DNA of 64,000 nt from an uncultured Clostridia bacterium (GTDB taxonomy: Bacteria > Bacillota > Clostridia > Christensenellales > UBA1242). A program made the translations under genes and the position numbers. Numbering within the stretch: the first letter of the stretch is position 1; each line of letters begins with the position of its first letter. Below, one piece after another: positions 8,707 through 19,074 of this stretch. The notes under the pieces are model-generated. The model was not told the DNA's origin. It searched no databases and saw nothing but the letters and a program-made list of their open reading frames with translations. Location of the stretch: positions 11,750 through 75,749 of the forward strand of contig CAKVHQ010000001.1 in the NCBI GenBank assembly GCA_934749845.1, read 5' to 3'.

Positions 8707-9756
8707 ATGGCAAAAGCAAAAACAAAATCTAAAAATAGCACTTTGGCAATTATAATTGCAATTATTTTAGTGCTTGCATTGGCAGTGGGTGCAGTTTTCT
8801 TATTAACAAGAAACGATAACAAACCTGCTTCTGTTATGGAATGTAGTGTGAACCCAGATTGCCAAATCGTGCTTAACTCTCAAAACAGAGTTTTATCGGT
8901 TAACTATCTAAACGATGATGCCGAAATGATGTTTAGCAGTGTTGATTTTACAAACAAAACTGCAGACGAAGCAACAAAAATGTTTGTTGACATCGCAACA
9001 AAATCGGGACACATTAGTTTAGACATCAATGGCACAGGAGCAGAAGTTACAATCACAATTTCAGCAAAATCTGGCGCTAACATGGAAAACTTACAAAAGA
9101 AAGTTACCGAAAAAGTTAACCAATACTTTGCTGATAACGGAATTTTGGCAAAGGCAGTTTGCGAAGTTCAAGAAGGTTTTGAAAATGCATTAAAAAACAT
9201 CGACAGTACCGTTACTGACCTTTCTAACAAAACCGAACAAGAAATTTTGGACGAACTTAACAAAACGTCACAAGACATCGACAAAATTGCAAGAAGTTTG
9301 CAAGATGATTTCTTTACCGGTCTTAAAAATTTAAAAGAAAGTTTAAATTATGTTTCGTTTGAAAAAACATTCGACAGTGCTAGAAATGCAGTTGATAACA
9401 TTCAATCAACCATCGAAGGCTATGAAAAAACTTTGAACGATAAAGATGTTTCTGAAGTTGTTAAAGAAACAACAAAACCATTACTTAAGGCAGCAAAAGA
9501 AGAACTTAAAGTTTTGAAAGATCAATTAAACAAAGCAGAAAAAGAACTAAACAACGTTAAGAAAGAGTTAAACAACAAACTTGACGAACTTATCAAAGAA
9601 CTTGAAGAACAAAGCAAAACAATCTACGAAAACTTAAAAACAGAGTATAACAACCAAGTTGAAGCATTTAAAGCAACACTTGATGCACACAAAGAAGCTT
9701 TTGAAAACAACAAAGCAGAATATACTCAAAAGATTAAAGATTTCCAAAGCAAATAA
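8707..9756 (+). CDS. Membrane-anchored coiled-coil protein
   Basis: The start is re-set to MAKAKTKSKN (ATG at 8707, RBS aaaaggag). There is one TM helix, then a K/E/L/N-rich heptad-like C-terminal half. Confidence 0.65.
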   Translation: MAKAKTKSKNSTLAIIIAIILVLALAVGAVFLLTRNDNKPASVMECSVNPDCQIVLNSQNRVLSVNYLNDDAEMMFSSVDFTNKTADEATKMFVDIATKSGHISLDINGTGAEVTITISAKSGANMENLQKKVTEKVNQYFADNGILAKAVCEVQEGFENALKNIDSTVTDLSNKTEQEILDELNKTSQDIDKIARSLQDDFFTGLKNLKESLNYVSFEKTFDSARNAVDNIQSTIEGYEKTLNDKDVSEVVKETTKPLLKAAKEELKVLKDQLNKAEKELNNVKKELNNKLDELIKELEEQSKTIYENLKTEYNNQVEAFKATLDAHKEAFENNKAEYTQKIKDFQSK

Positions 9757-9760
9757 TAAA

Positions 9761-9790
9761 AAAAAACCTCCACTTTGGAGGTTTTTTTTC
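9761..9790 (+). terminator. Rho-independent terminator
   Basis: aaaaaaacctccactttggaggtttttttt. Confidence 0.85.
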
Positions 9791-9831
9791 TCATGTATTA
9801 AACAGATAACCAAAATTAACAATTTTCATAC

Positions 9832-9858
9832 AAAAAAGCACTTTGAAGTGCTTTTTTT
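9832..9858. terminator. Bidirectional terminator (serves lysK on the minus strand)
   Basis: A-run, hairpin agcac tttgaa gtgct, then a T-run, abutting the lysK stop. Confidence 0.7.
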
Positions 9859-11428
9859 AAAAGTTAAGAAGTTCGTTATAAGCCTTTTTATCCCCTGCAG
9901 CAAAGTATAAATATAGTCTTGGACCTTCGTTCAAACCAAACAACAAGTTGTATAAATTTTTAAAGTTAGCCATTTGTTTTGCCATATTTTCTTTTTTGCT
10001 TAAGCTAGGGTCGTTGATTGTGTCGTAAATATATTGTTGAATTTCTTTATCATTAATTGAGTCTTTGCTTTCGATATAGTCATGCAATTTCTTGATAACT
10101 GTTTTTTCTTCTTCACTTAAATTATCGTAGTATGCTTGATTTTTTTCACTTAAAAGTTTGTACATTTTTTGTGGTTGATAAATTTCAATCCAGTTTTTAA
10201 CTCTTTCAAGTCTTTCCAAATTGTCGTCAGTAAAATCATAGCCAAGTTTTTTCATAACTTCTTTAACCATTTCTGGTTTAAAGTCTACAATAGGTGCAAC
10301 ACTAGCAAGCACGCCAAAAGGAACTTTAACCTTGGTGTCTTTTCCATTAAATAATGCCATATCGTAAACTGATGTTTCGTATTCGGACAATTCTCCGTTT
10401 TTGTATGCCACCAAGCCTTTATCAAACTCGCTGTAATGACGAATAATTGTGTCGTCAAAAGCAAAGTCGAATGAATCTTCTGGCGAATATTTAGCAAACA
10501 ACCATCTAATCATTTCAGGCTCGTAAATTTTCATAACATGACCCGGTGTAACATTCTTTCCACTTGACGAGTGCATGTCGCCCATTCCTTTGATTCCTAG
10601 CCATCCATATCCTTGGAAATGTGGTGCTTGTCCGCCAAAAATTTGTTTAACAATTTCGGAACAAACAACATAACTTCCACTTGCGGCAGCGTGGTCGATG
10701 CCACCCGGTTCAAAGTTTGTGCCTTCATAAACCCAACGCATTGGCCAGTCTAATTTCCAAACCAATTTAATATATGGGTATTCTCTAACACCAACTGTTT
10801 CATGATTACCGCAAGCACATTCGTACTCGATTTGTTCGCCGTCTTCACTGCAAGACAAAACTTTGGTTGTGTCTTTATGACATTTTGAGCAATAAACATT
10901 TAATGGATAATAGTTTTCTCTATCTTCTTCACTAGATTCTTGAGTTTTAAAACTCATTAAAATGTCGTATGCTTTTTTGCGTTCTTTAATTGAGTGAACA
11001 ATTTGGTCGTTATACTTGCCACTTACATAGTTTTTGGTTTGATAAATTGGTTCGCAATCTACCCTTAATTTTTTAAGTGCGTCTTCAAATTCTTTTTCAA
11101 AGTGAGTTCCATAGCTATCATGTCCGTCATTATATGGGTCTGGACACATAGTGTATGGAGTGCCAATATATTGCTCAAAATTTTCAACATCTTTTGAAAC
11201 ATTTACTGGAACTTTTCTTAATCTATCTAAATCGTCCCATGAAAAAATAAATCTAACTTTTTTGCCCTTTCTTCTTAATGCTTCAACAACAAAATATGAT
11301 GTTGCAACTTCTCTAAAATTTCCAATGTGAACCGAGCCCGATGGACTAATTCCACTTGCACATACATAGGTTGTGGCATCTGGATATTTTGCTATAACTT
11401 CGTCTGCTAACTTTTCTGCCCAATGCAT
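9857..11428 (-). CDS. lysK: Lysine--tRNA ligase, class I (archaeal-type)
   Basis: MHWAEKLADEV...ASGISPSGSVHIGNFREVATSYFVVEALRRKGKKVRFIFSWDDLDRLRKVP is the class I LysRS HIGN signature region. The 523-aa length fits. Confidence 0.88.
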   Translation of the reverse strand: MHWAEKLADEVIAKYPDATTYVCASGISPSGSVHIGNFREVATSYFVVEALRRKGKKVRFIFSWDDLDRLRKVPVNVSKDVENFEQYIGTPYTMCPDPYNDGHDSYGTHFEKEFEDALKKLRVDCEPIYQTKNYVSGKYNDQIVHSIKERKKAYDILMSFKTQESSEEDRENYYPLNVYCSKCHKDTTKVLSCSEDGEQIEYECACGNHETVGVREYPYIKLVWKLDWPMRWVYEGTNFEPGGIDHAAASGSYVVCSEIVKQIFGGQAPHFQGYGWLGIKGMGDMHSSSGKNVTPGHVMKIYEPEMIRWLFAKYSPEDSFDFAFDDTIIRHYSEFDKGLVAYKNGELSEYETSVYDMALFNGKDTKVKVPFGVLASVAPIVDFKPEMVKEVMKKLGYDFTDDNLERLERVKNWIEIYQPQKMYKLLSEKNQAYYDNLSEEEKTVIKKLHDYIESKDSINDKEIQQYIYDTINDPSLSKKENMAKQMANFKNLYNLLFGLNEGPRLYLYFAAGDKKAYNELLNF

Positions 11429-11531
11429 AAAATATTCTCCTTAAAATGTAATTCCCTATAAGTATAAAACAAACTTATTAAATTTGCAAATATTTTCTCA
11501 ACTAGTATTGACTTTACTTTATCAAAAGCAT

Positions 11532-11565
11532 AAAAAAAGTTCACATCAAATTGTGAACTTTTTTA
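11532..11565. terminator. Bidirectional rho-independent terminator
   Basis: aaaaaaagttcaca tcaaat tgtgaactttttt. Confidence 0.75.
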
Positions 11566-12195
11566 TTAAAAATCAGTTTTTAAGTTGTTGTAGAACACCG
11601 CTTTTTCCACCATTAGATAAGGCAAAGCCCACAATGCGCCAACAACAGTTAAGCATAGTAAAATCCAGCCAATACTTTTTAGTCTTAATTTTACAAGTCT
11701 AATTCGGTTTCCTTTCATAAGTCTTTTGCTACCCTTTAGGCAAGCCGAAGCGGTTTTTTTGGAATCATCAAATAAAACCAAAGAACTCATACTATAATCA
11801 AGTTCAAACCTAAACCCAAAGAACACCAACATGCAAAGTCCAATTATAAGCATAAATAACTTTGAAATGAAAAGTGCTAGAAGTTTAAAAATTCGTTTAA
11901 AACCGTCAAACAGATTGGAAGTGTCCGCCTTCAAGTTGTTTGTTAAGTTATAGAAAAACACTTGAACACCATGATATATAACATAAATTAAAAACGCTCC
12001 AACAAAGCATGAAGGTGCAATAACATACCACAAAGGTTTAAAAATGCAAAGGCAAGTAACGCCACCTGCAACAATAAGAGCCAAAACAAGCATAAGTGCC
12101 ATTTGTTTTGCTGAAAAACCCCATGAGCCACTCATAATATCTTTGGCGTCATGTTTTATTTCATCTGCCTTTTTGTAAAAATCAAATTTTTCCAT
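11566..12195 (-). CDS. Polytopic membrane protein (DUF975-like guess)
   Basis: 209-aa ORF with 4-5 hydrophobic helices. The family assignment is from memory only. Confidence 0.55.
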   Translation of the reverse strand: MEKFDFYKKADEIKHDAKDIMSGSWGFSAKQMALMLVLALIVAGGVTCLCIFKPLWYVIAPSCFVGAFLIYVIYHGVQVFFYNLTNNLKADTSNLFDGFKRIFKLLALFISKLFMLIIGLCMLVFFGFRFELDYSMSSLVLFDDSKKTASACLKGSKRLMKGNRIRLVKLRLKSIGWILLCLTVVGALWALPYLMVEKAVFYNNLKTDF

Positions 12196-12260
12196 TGCAA
12201 CTCCTTTGAAAATATTTTAATAAAAACAACTTTTTAAGTAAATCATTTTATAGGCAAAAA

Positions 12261-12797
12261 CTATTTTGTATTATATTTTTTTTCGTATCTTACTTTGCTT
12301 TCGGCAATTATTTTTTCTGCTTCTTCTTTGTTTCTCATGCCCCCAACTTGCGTAACTTTTCCTTCTTCAAGGTCTTTATACACTCTTAAAAAGTGAATAA
12401 GTTCTTCCGAAACAAATGGTGGCAAGTCTTCAACTCGTTGATACGAGTTATAAAGTGGGTCGCCAAAAGGTATAGCGATAACCTTTTCATCATTTTTGCC
12501 GTTATCAAGCATGGTTACAACGCCAATAGGATAGCATCTAACCAAAGTTAATGGGTCTAAACTTTCCGAGCATAGAACAAGCACATCAAGAGGGTCGCCG
12601 TCTTCTGCAAGTGTTTTTGGAATAAAACCGTAGTTTGCTGGATAGTGAGTGCTGGTGTGAAGCAATCTATCTAAAATGATTATTCCTGTTTCTTTGTCGA
12701 GTTCGTACTTTTTCTTTGTTCCCTTTGCAATTTCAATAACCGCAACAAAGTCTTGTGGGGTTATTCTTTTAGAGTCAATGTCGTGCCAAATATTCAT
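12261..12797 (-). CDS. ppa: Inorganic pyrophosphatase, family I
   Basis: VIEIAKGTKKKYELDKETG, YPANYGFIPKTLAEDGDPLDVLVL. Confidence 0.92.
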   Translation of the reverse strand: MNIWHDIDSKRITPQDFVAVIEIAKGTKKKYELDKETGIIILDRLLHTSTHYPANYGFIPKTLAEDGDPLDVLVLCSESLDPLTLVRCYPIGVVTMLDNGKNDEKVIAIPFGDPLYNSYQRVEDLPPFVSEELIHFLRVYKDLEEGKVTQVGGMRNKEEAEKIIAESKVRYEKKYNTK

Positions 12798-12836
12798 AAA
12801 TGTAATTCTCCTTTCAAATTATTATATCTTATAAAA

Positions 12837-13457
12837 CTATTTTTGACAAGTTTCATCAAGATATGTGGCTTGCATGTCTGCAACATGAAGCAGAAATGCA
12901 ACTGGATAGGAATAGAACGCATCCGAAAGAGCATAACTTCCGCCTTTTATTCTATAATCAAAGCCACCCATGTGCCAGTTAATTGCCATGGCTTCTTGTC
13001 GTGTTAACCTAATAAAACCGCCAAGTATGTACACACTCTTCTCGCCATGTCCGTATGGAAGGCTATCGTCAACTGCGTAAACATCTTTTTCAACCCAATC
13101 AAATTTGCCTTTACTGTCTTGTTTAGTTCCACTTTCGCTATATTGCTTAACATTTCGTGTTTCCTTAACAAAAGTTCCAACCTTGCACAAGTCATGCATA
13201 AGTCCCATTAAAATTGCACTATCTTTTGGGCAAACTTTTTCATAGTCATCGCCATACTCGGTTTTAAGTAATGAAATTAACCTATTATAAACATTCAACG
13301 AATGTGTGCAAAGTCCGCCTTCACAGTTGCTATGAAATTTAGTGCTTGCAGGTGCTGTGAAAAAATCGGTTGTTTGTAGCCAATCAATAAATTTATCCAT
13401 GCCTTCTCTGTTAACTTGTTTTAAAAGTTCTAAAACTTTTTCCTTATTAGTTTCCAT
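12837..13457 (-). CDS. HD-domain phosphohydrolase
   Basis: FHSNCEGGLCTHSLNV and LMHDLCK supply the H...HD metal ligands. 206 aa. Confidence 0.75.
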   Translation of the reverse strand: METNKEKVLELLKQVNREGMDKFIDWLQTTDFFTAPASTKFHSNCEGGLCTHSLNVYNRLISLLKTEYGDDYEKVCPKDSAILMGLMHDLCKVGTFVKETRNVKQYSESGTKQDSKGKFDWVEKDVYAVDDSLPYGHGEKSVYILGGFIRLTRQEAMAINWHMGGFDYRIKGGSYALSDAFYSYPVAFLLHVADMQATYLDETCQK

Positions 13458-13658
13458 GTATTTCTCCTAACATAGTTATTATATCATTAAAGGCAAAAAA
13501 AACAAAATGTATGCTCTAGAAATGTAAACTTAATTAGTTCAATAAAAGCAAGTGCACCTAATTACTGCTTCAAAAAGCGATAGTAAATGGGCGAGTGTCG
13601 AAAATTGTTATATTTTTTAATTATTCGCACTATTTCGCAAAATTTTTAAAAAATAATG

Positions 13659-13687
13659 TTGATTGAGTTTTTAAAATGAAATATAAT
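13659..13687 (+). promoter_or_regulatory. Sigma-A type promoter candidate for tilS
   Basis: TTGATT, 17-nt spacer, TATAAT, 21 nt upstream of the ATG at 13708. Confidence 0.5.
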
Positions 13688-13707
13688 TAGCATGCAGGAG
13701 TTAATAT

Positions 13708-15036
13708 ATGATTAGTGCAGATAAAACAATATTAAATAATAAGTTATTAAAACAGGGCGATAAAATTGGTGTTGCTGTTAGTGGTGGAATTGACAGTATG
13801 TGTCTTCTTCACTACTTAAACTCTAAAAAAAGCGAACTAGGCATAACCTTAAGTGCAATTAACATAGACCATTCAATTAGGGAAAACAGCAAGCAAGATA
13901 GCGATTTTGTTGTTAAGTATTGCAAAGACAACAACATTCCGGTTCACTCGTTTAAAATTAACGCATTAACTTATTCAACCGAAAACAAACTAACACTTGA
14001 AGAAGGTGCTAGAATTTGCAGATACGGCGTGTTTGACGGCTTATTAAAAAAAGGTATTGTTGATAAAATTGCGATTGCTCATCACAAGCAAGACCAAGTG
14101 GAAACAATTTTGCTAAACATTTTCCGTGGTTCAGGCTTGAAAGGCTTAACAGGCATGGAGTACGAGCAAAACGGATACATTAGACCTTTTCTTAACACCG
14201 ATAAAAGCGAAATTTTATGCTATCAAAGCGAAAATAACATTCCATTTGTTGAAGATGAAACAAATATGGACACCGAGTTTTCAAGAAACTTTTTAAGGCA
14301 CACGGTTATTCCTCAAATTAAGACTCATTGGAATAATTTTGAAAACAACTTAATTTCACTTTCAAAAATTTGCAAACAAGATAATGATTACATAGACTCG
14401 ACAATAAGCTACGACAGTTTGGTGTTTGACGATAATTTAGTTAAAATTCCACTTGGAATGTTTGCATTACCTAACCCAGTGGTGTTTAGATTGCTTCGTA
14501 AGGGTTTTGAACACTTGCATGCATTAAAGGATATTGAGCAAAAACATCTTCAAATTATCAAAAACTTGACCAGCCAAAGCGAAAATGGAACTCGAATAAA
14601 TCTTCCAAACGGCGTTACTGCAATTATGGAATACGAGTACCTAACTTTAGCAAAAAAGAAAACTGCTAAAAAGCAAGGAAGCAAAGAGTTTGTTTTTGGA
14701 AAGCAAAATATTTTAGGCTATGACGCACAAATTAAAAAAAGCAAAACATTTGAAAATGTAACAAAGGAAAATACTCATATTTTTGATTACAAAAAATTGC
14801 CTAAATCTTGCATTTGGAGAACAAGACAAACTGGCGATATGTTCACAAAATTTGGTGGCGGAACAAAAAAACTTAAAGATTATTTTATAGACAAAAAAAT
14901 TCCATCAAGACTTAGAAATGAAATTCCACTTTTGTGTGACGGAAACGAAGTGCTTGTTATTCTTGGAGTTGAAATTAGCGATAAAATAAAAATTGACGAA
15001 AACACAAAACTTGCTTGCATTATTAACTATAAATAA
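13708..15036 (+). CDS. tilS: tRNA(Ile)-lysidine synthase
   Basis: PP-loop VAVSGGIDSMCLL, HHKQDQVETILLNIFRGSG, and a C-terminal TilS domain GDMFTKFGGGTKKLKDYFIDKKIP. Confidence 0.9.
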   Translation: MISADKTILNNKLLKQGDKIGVAVSGGIDSMCLLHYLNSKKSELGITLSAINIDHSIRENSKQDSDFVVKYCKDNNIPVHSFKINALTYSTENKLTLEEGARICRYGVFDGLLKKGIVDKIAIAHHKQDQVETILLNIFRGSGLKGLTGMEYEQNGYIRPFLNTDKSEILCYQSENNIPFVEDETNMDTEFSRNFLRHTVIPQIKTHWNNFENNLISLSKICKQDNDYIDSTISYDSLVFDDNLVKIPLGMFALPNPVVFRLLRKGFEHLHALKDIEQKHLQIIKNLTSQSENGTRINLPNGVTAIMEYEYLTLAKKKTAKKQGSKEFVFGKQNILGYDAQIKKSKTFENVTKENTHIFDYKKLPKSCIWRTRQTGDMFTKFGGGTKKLKDYFIDKKIPSRLRNEIPLLCDGNEVLVILGVEISDKIKIDENTKLACIINYK

Positions 15037-15049
15037 TGCAAGTTTTTTT
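15014..15049 (+). terminator. Rho-independent terminator overlapping the tilS stop
   Basis: cttgcattatt aactata aataatgcaag followed by ttttttt. Confidence 0.75.
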
Positions 15050-15090
15050 ATTAAATTTATTAAATCAAGAACAATTCTTAATAATAAAAT

Positions 15091-15118
15091 AAAAAATCAC
15101 GGAATAACCGTGATTTTT
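15091..15118. terminator. Bidirectional terminator
   Basis: aaaaaatcacgg aataa ccgtgattttt. Confidence 0.7.
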
Positions 15119-15147
15119 ACTTTTTATTAAGACAAATTCTCATAAAA

Positions 15148-15783
15148 TTATTCGTTAGAATCTTCACTACTCTCTTGAGAATTTTCTGCAGGTTTTTCAT
15201 CTACATTTTCTTCTAAAACTTCTGCTTCAACTTCTGGCTTTTCTTCGCCTTCAGCACTTGAAACTTTTTGTTTTTTCTCTTTTGGCACGTATGTTCCGTT
15301 TAAGATTCCGTAGTAATCCAAAAGCCAGAATGCAACACAAGCCATAACTTCCAAAACGCCATTTAAGATTAATCCAAAACTAACACCGCCAAATGTGTAG
15401 GAATTAGCCGAGCAAGTGATTAACATAGAGAAAATTAGAACCAAACCTAAACTTCCCATAACTGTGAATAAAACTTTTAAGAGTTTTTCATAACTCCAAT
15501 TTTTAACAGATTTTTTAACTTCAACTACGCCAGTTTTTACAAGTATTCCAAACAAGCCAACATTTAATAATAAAAGCAATGTTACGATGTGGAAAAATTG
15601 GAAGCATGTTGACATAAAGATTGTAAAGTCCATTCCATCAAAAACTTTCATTATCATAATCATATAGCCGTCAAAGTTAAGTGAACCAACACAATAATAT
15701 GGAATTAAAAGTAATCCTAAAAATAAAACTGAAACACCAACTGCAATAATAGGATAAATTAATTTTTTAAATTTTTCGTTCAT
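15148..15783 (-). CDS. Polytopic membrane protein with an acidic (E-rich) C-terminal tail
   Basis: 211-aa ORF with RBS aataaggaggttcttaatATG and 5-6 TM helices. Confidence 0.6.
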   Translation of the reverse strand: MNEKFKKLIYPIIAVGVSVLFLGLLLIPYYCVGSLNFDGYMIMIMKVFDGMDFTIFMSTCFQFFHIVTLLLLLNVGLFGILVKTGVVEVKKSVKNWSYEKLLKVLFTVMGSLGLVLIFSMLITCSANSYTFGGVSFGLILNGVLEVMACVAFWLLDYYGILNGTYVPKEKKQKVSSAEGEEKPEVEAEVLEENVDEKPAENSQESSEDSNE

Positions 15784-15968
15784 ATTAAGAACCTCCTTAT
15801 TTAGTATAAGTCATTGTGCTAAAAATAACAAGTGTTTTAAATATCAAAACAGGTTTAGAAATCATGTAACGCCTTCAAAAACAACAAAATAAGTCATATT
15901 TAAGCAATAGTATATATTCTAAAAAACAAGAACTTGCAACCTGTTATTCAAATTTTTTTATTAAATTT

Positions 15969-15996
15969 AAAAAAAATAGGCGTTTTAAGCCTATTT
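15969..15996 (-). terminator. Rho-independent terminator of secA
   Basis: On the minus strand, aataggcttaaaacgcctatt followed by a T-run. It overlaps the stop codon. Confidence 0.7.
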
Positions 15997-18690
15997 ATTC
16001 ATACAACAATTTTTGTATTTTTTACCGCTTCCACATGGGCAAGGGTCATTTCTGCCAACCGTTTTGGTTGTGTTTCTAACCGTTCTTGATTGCTTATCAA
16101 CTGGGGTTGCATTTGCCACAATATTTTTCTTTTGAGTTTGCATTGGTTTTTGCACTACTCTTTCAAGTTCTGCATTTAACATAATTTTCGCAGTGTTTGT
16201 TCTAATTGTTTCAATCATGTGGTCAAACATTTCGTAACCTTCTTGTTTATAGGCTACTATTGGGTCAGTCCTTGTCATGATTTCTCGTTTCATGATTGTC
16301 ATAGCATCAATATGCTCAACCCATGCGTTATCAACTCTGTTTAAAAGCACCCATCTTTCCAAAGCCTTAAAGCCATCTGGTGGCAATAACTGATTAACTT
16401 CTTCCGCTTTGCTGTTTAAGTTTTCAACGGCCTTTTCGTACACCATTTCCACAACATCAGCAACTTCTGCTTCTTCAACCTTTTCATAGGTGATGAAGTT
16501 TGGTTCTTTTGGCAAAATGTATTCGCTGAGTCTTTTATTAAGAGTGTCCAAATCCCATTCTTCTGGGTCTTTATTATCGGAAATGTTTTCTCTAACTGTT
16601 GTTTCAACAAGTTCGTGAACCATATCTAAAATTTCGTCATGGAAGTCCGTGCCTTCAAGAAGTTTATCTCTTTGACCGTAAATAACATTTCTTTGTTCAT
16701 TCAAAACATCGTCGAATTGAAGAAGTGTTCTTCTAACTGCAAAGTTGTTTCCTTCAACACGCTTTTGTGCGTTTTCAATTTGCCTTGAAATAAATTTCAT
16801 TTGGAAAAGTGGTTCATCTTCACTCATTTTAAATGCAGTTGCTATTCTTTTTAGTCTATCTCCACCAAAAATTCTCGCAATATCATCTTCAAGCGAAATG
16901 AAGAATATACTTTCGCCAGGGTCACCTTGACGACCACTTCGACCTCTAAGCTGGTTATCAATACGTCTTGACTCATGGCGTTCAGTACCAATAATGTAAA
17001 GTCCACCAAGTTCAATAACTTCGGCTTTTTCCTTATCGGTTTCTTGCTTAAATTCTTGATAAAGTTCGTTATATCTTGCTTTTGCTTCTAAAAGTTTTTC
17101 ATCGGTGGTTGGAGCAAACGAAGTGCAGTCGATTATATATTGTTCTTCAAACCCTTCTTGCTTCATTTTTTGTTTAGCCAAAAACTCTGGGTTTCCGCCA
17201 AGCAAAATATCCGTTCCACGACCAGCCATGTTGGTTGCGATAGTAACTGCTCCAACCTTACCTGCTTGAGCAATTATTTCGCTTTCCTTTTCGTGATTTT
17301 TAGCATTCAAAACAACATGTTTTACATTTGCTTTTTTAAGTTCGTTACTTATTTCTTCACTCTTTTCAACAGTAATTGTACCAACCAATATTGGTTGACC
17401 AGTTTTATGGCGTTCGATAATTTCGTTTACTATTGCCTTAAACTTACCTTCTTTGGTTGAGTAAACTATGTCAACATCATCTTTTCTTTGAACAGGTTTG
17501 TTTGTTGGAATTGAAACAACGTCTAGTCTATAAATTTTGTTAAATTCGGTTTCTTCTGTTTTGGCAGTACCTGTCATTCCCGATAACTTTTTGTATAGCC
17601 TAAAGTAGTTTTGGTATGTTATTGTTGCAACGGTTAGGTTTTCGTCGTTAACTTTAACGCCTTCTTTGGCTTCGATTGCTTGATGAAGACCGTCACTAAA
17701 TCTTCTTCCAGCCATAACACGACCAGTAAACTCATCAACAATCAAAACTTCGCCTTTTTCGTCAACGATGTAGTCGCTATCCCTATGCATCATAAAGTTT
17801 GCACGAATTGCGTTGTTAATGTAGTGATTAGTTTCCATGTTATCAATGTCACTAAGGTTGCTTATTCCATAAAACCTTTCTGCCTTGCTAACACCACTTT
17901 CTGTTAATCTTATTTGCTTCTTTTCTTCGTCAATTTCAACATCGTCATCTTTTTTAAGTGTTCTAACAAATGCTTGGGCTTTTTCGTAGTCTTCACTGCT
18001 TCTAAAACCTTTTCCACCACTAATAATTAAAGGTGTTCTTGCTTCGTCAATTAAAACACTATCAACTTCGTCGACAATAGCAAAATTATGACCTCTTTGC
18101 ACCTTTTGGTTAAGTTGAGTGCACATATTATCCCTTAAATAATCAAAGCCAAATTCGCTGTTTGTTCCGTAAGTAATGTCCGCTTGATAAGCCTTTCTTT
18201 TTTGCTCATCGTTCATGCCAGAAAGTGTGATTCCAACATTTAGTCCCAAAAACTCGAAAACTTTTCCCATCCATTCACTATCACGCTTTGCAAGGTATTC
18301 GTTAACAGTTACGATATGAACGCCTTTGCCTGATAATGCGTTTAAATAAGCCGGCAAAGTTTCGGTTAGGGTTTTACCTTCACCAGTTCTCATTTCGGCA
18401 ATACGGCCTTGATGCAAGGCAATTCCGCCAAGAACTTGAACATAATAATGTTTTTGTTTTAAAACTCTATAACTTGCTTCGCGAACAAGCGCATAGGCAT
18501 CTGGTAAAATGTCATTTAATGTTTCGCCTGCATTAAGTCTATCTTTTAAAATTTGTGTTTGTTGTTTAAGTTCGTCATCGCTCATGGCTAGGTACTTTGA
18601 ATCTAGTGCCATAACCTTGTCGGCAATAACTTTAAGTTTCTTTACATTTCTGCTGTTGTCTGATGCAAAGAAATATGAAAATAGTCCCAT
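15991..18690 (-). CDS. secA: Preprotein translocase ATPase SecA
   Basis: 899 aa. MRTGEGKTLT Walker A, DEVDSVLIDEARTPLIISG, and the C-terminal zinc finger CPCGSGKKYKNCC. Confidence 0.97.
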   Translation of the reverse strand: MGLFSYFFASDNSRNVKKLKVIADKVMALDSKYLAMSDDELKQQTQILKDRLNAGETLNDILPDAYALVREASYRVLKQKHYYVQVLGGIALHQGRIAEMRTGEGKTLTETLPAYLNALSGKGVHIVTVNEYLAKRDSEWMGKVFEFLGLNVGITLSGMNDEQKRKAYQADITYGTNSEFGFDYLRDNMCTQLNQKVQRGHNFAIVDEVDSVLIDEARTPLIISGGKGFRSSEDYEKAQAFVRTLKKDDDVEIDEEKKQIRLTESGVSKAERFYGISNLSDIDNMETNHYINNAIRANFMMHRDSDYIVDEKGEVLIVDEFTGRVMAGRRFSDGLHQAIEAKEGVKVNDENLTVATITYQNYFRLYKKLSGMTGTAKTEETEFNKIYRLDVVSIPTNKPVQRKDDVDIVYSTKEGKFKAIVNEIIERHKTGQPILVGTITVEKSEEISNELKKANVKHVVLNAKNHEKESEIIAQAGKVGAVTIATNMAGRGTDILLGGNPEFLAKQKMKQEGFEEQYIIDCTSFAPTTDEKLLEAKARYNELYQEFKQETDKEKAEVIELGGLYIIGTERHESRRIDNQLRGRSGRQGDPGESIFFISLEDDIARIFGGDRLKRIATAFKMSEDEPLFQMKFISRQIENAQKRVEGNNFAVRRTLLQFDDVLNEQRNVIYGQRDKLLEGTDFHDEILDMVHELVETTVRENISDNKDPEEWDLDTLNKRLSEYILPKEPNFITYEKVEEAEVADVVEMVYEKAVENLNSKAEEVNQLLPPDGFKALERWVLLNRVDNAWVEHIDAMTIMKREIMTRTDPIVAYKQEGYEMFDHMIETIRTNTAKIMLNAELERVVQKPMQTQKKNIVANATPVDKQSRTVRNTTKTVGRNDPCPCGSGKKYKNCCMNK

Positions 18691-18924
18691 TTATATCTCC
18701 TAAAAGTGCAATACGCACAACTTATATTTATAATACAATATTTGCAAGAAAAAACAAAACAAAACAAGTTAATTAGTGCATTTAACGCCACAAAGCAAGC
18801 ACAAACCAAGCAAAAAATGTTATAAATCTGCCAAATATCTAACATTTCGCTTTTGCTAAAATAATTTTTTGCCCAAAACCATTGACAAACTTATAAAAAA
18901 GATATAAACTTTGTTTGTTTATAT

Positions 18925-19000
18925 CGCGGGGTGGAGCAGCTGGCAGCTCGTCGGGCTCATAACCCGAAGGTCGATAGTTCGAATCTGTCCCCCGCAACCA
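18925..19000 (+). tRNA. Initiator tRNA-fMet (anticodon CAU)
   Basis: Hand-folded cloverleaf of 76 nt ending in CCA. C1xA72 mismatch, three consecutive G-C pairs closing the anticodon stem (tcggg CTCATAA cccga), T-loop gttcgaatc. Confidence 0.93.
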
Positions 19001-19006
19001 TTATTA

Positions 19007-19035
19007 AAGCGTATTAGTAAAATACGCTTTTTTTC
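19007..19035 (+). terminator. Rho-independent terminator after tRNA-fMet
   Basis: aagcgtatt agtaa aatacgctt followed by ttttttt. Confidence 0.8.
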
Positions 19036-19046
19036 TTTTTTCGGGT

Positions 19047-19074
19047 TATATGCTTAGCAAAGCGAGCATATAAA
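19047..19074. repeat. Palindromic 27-28 nt repeat, copy 1
   Basis: tatatgcttagcaaagcgagcatataaa. The arms tatatgct / agcatata are inverted repeats. Confidence 0.7.

Noticed and set aside
18642-18845. A 67-aa minus-strand ORF upstream of secA, and the plus-strand ORF at 18509-18703.
   Set aside because: They overlap the secA 5' end and leader, have no RBS, and the region is better explained as the secA promoter/leader plus the tRNA-fMet promoter.
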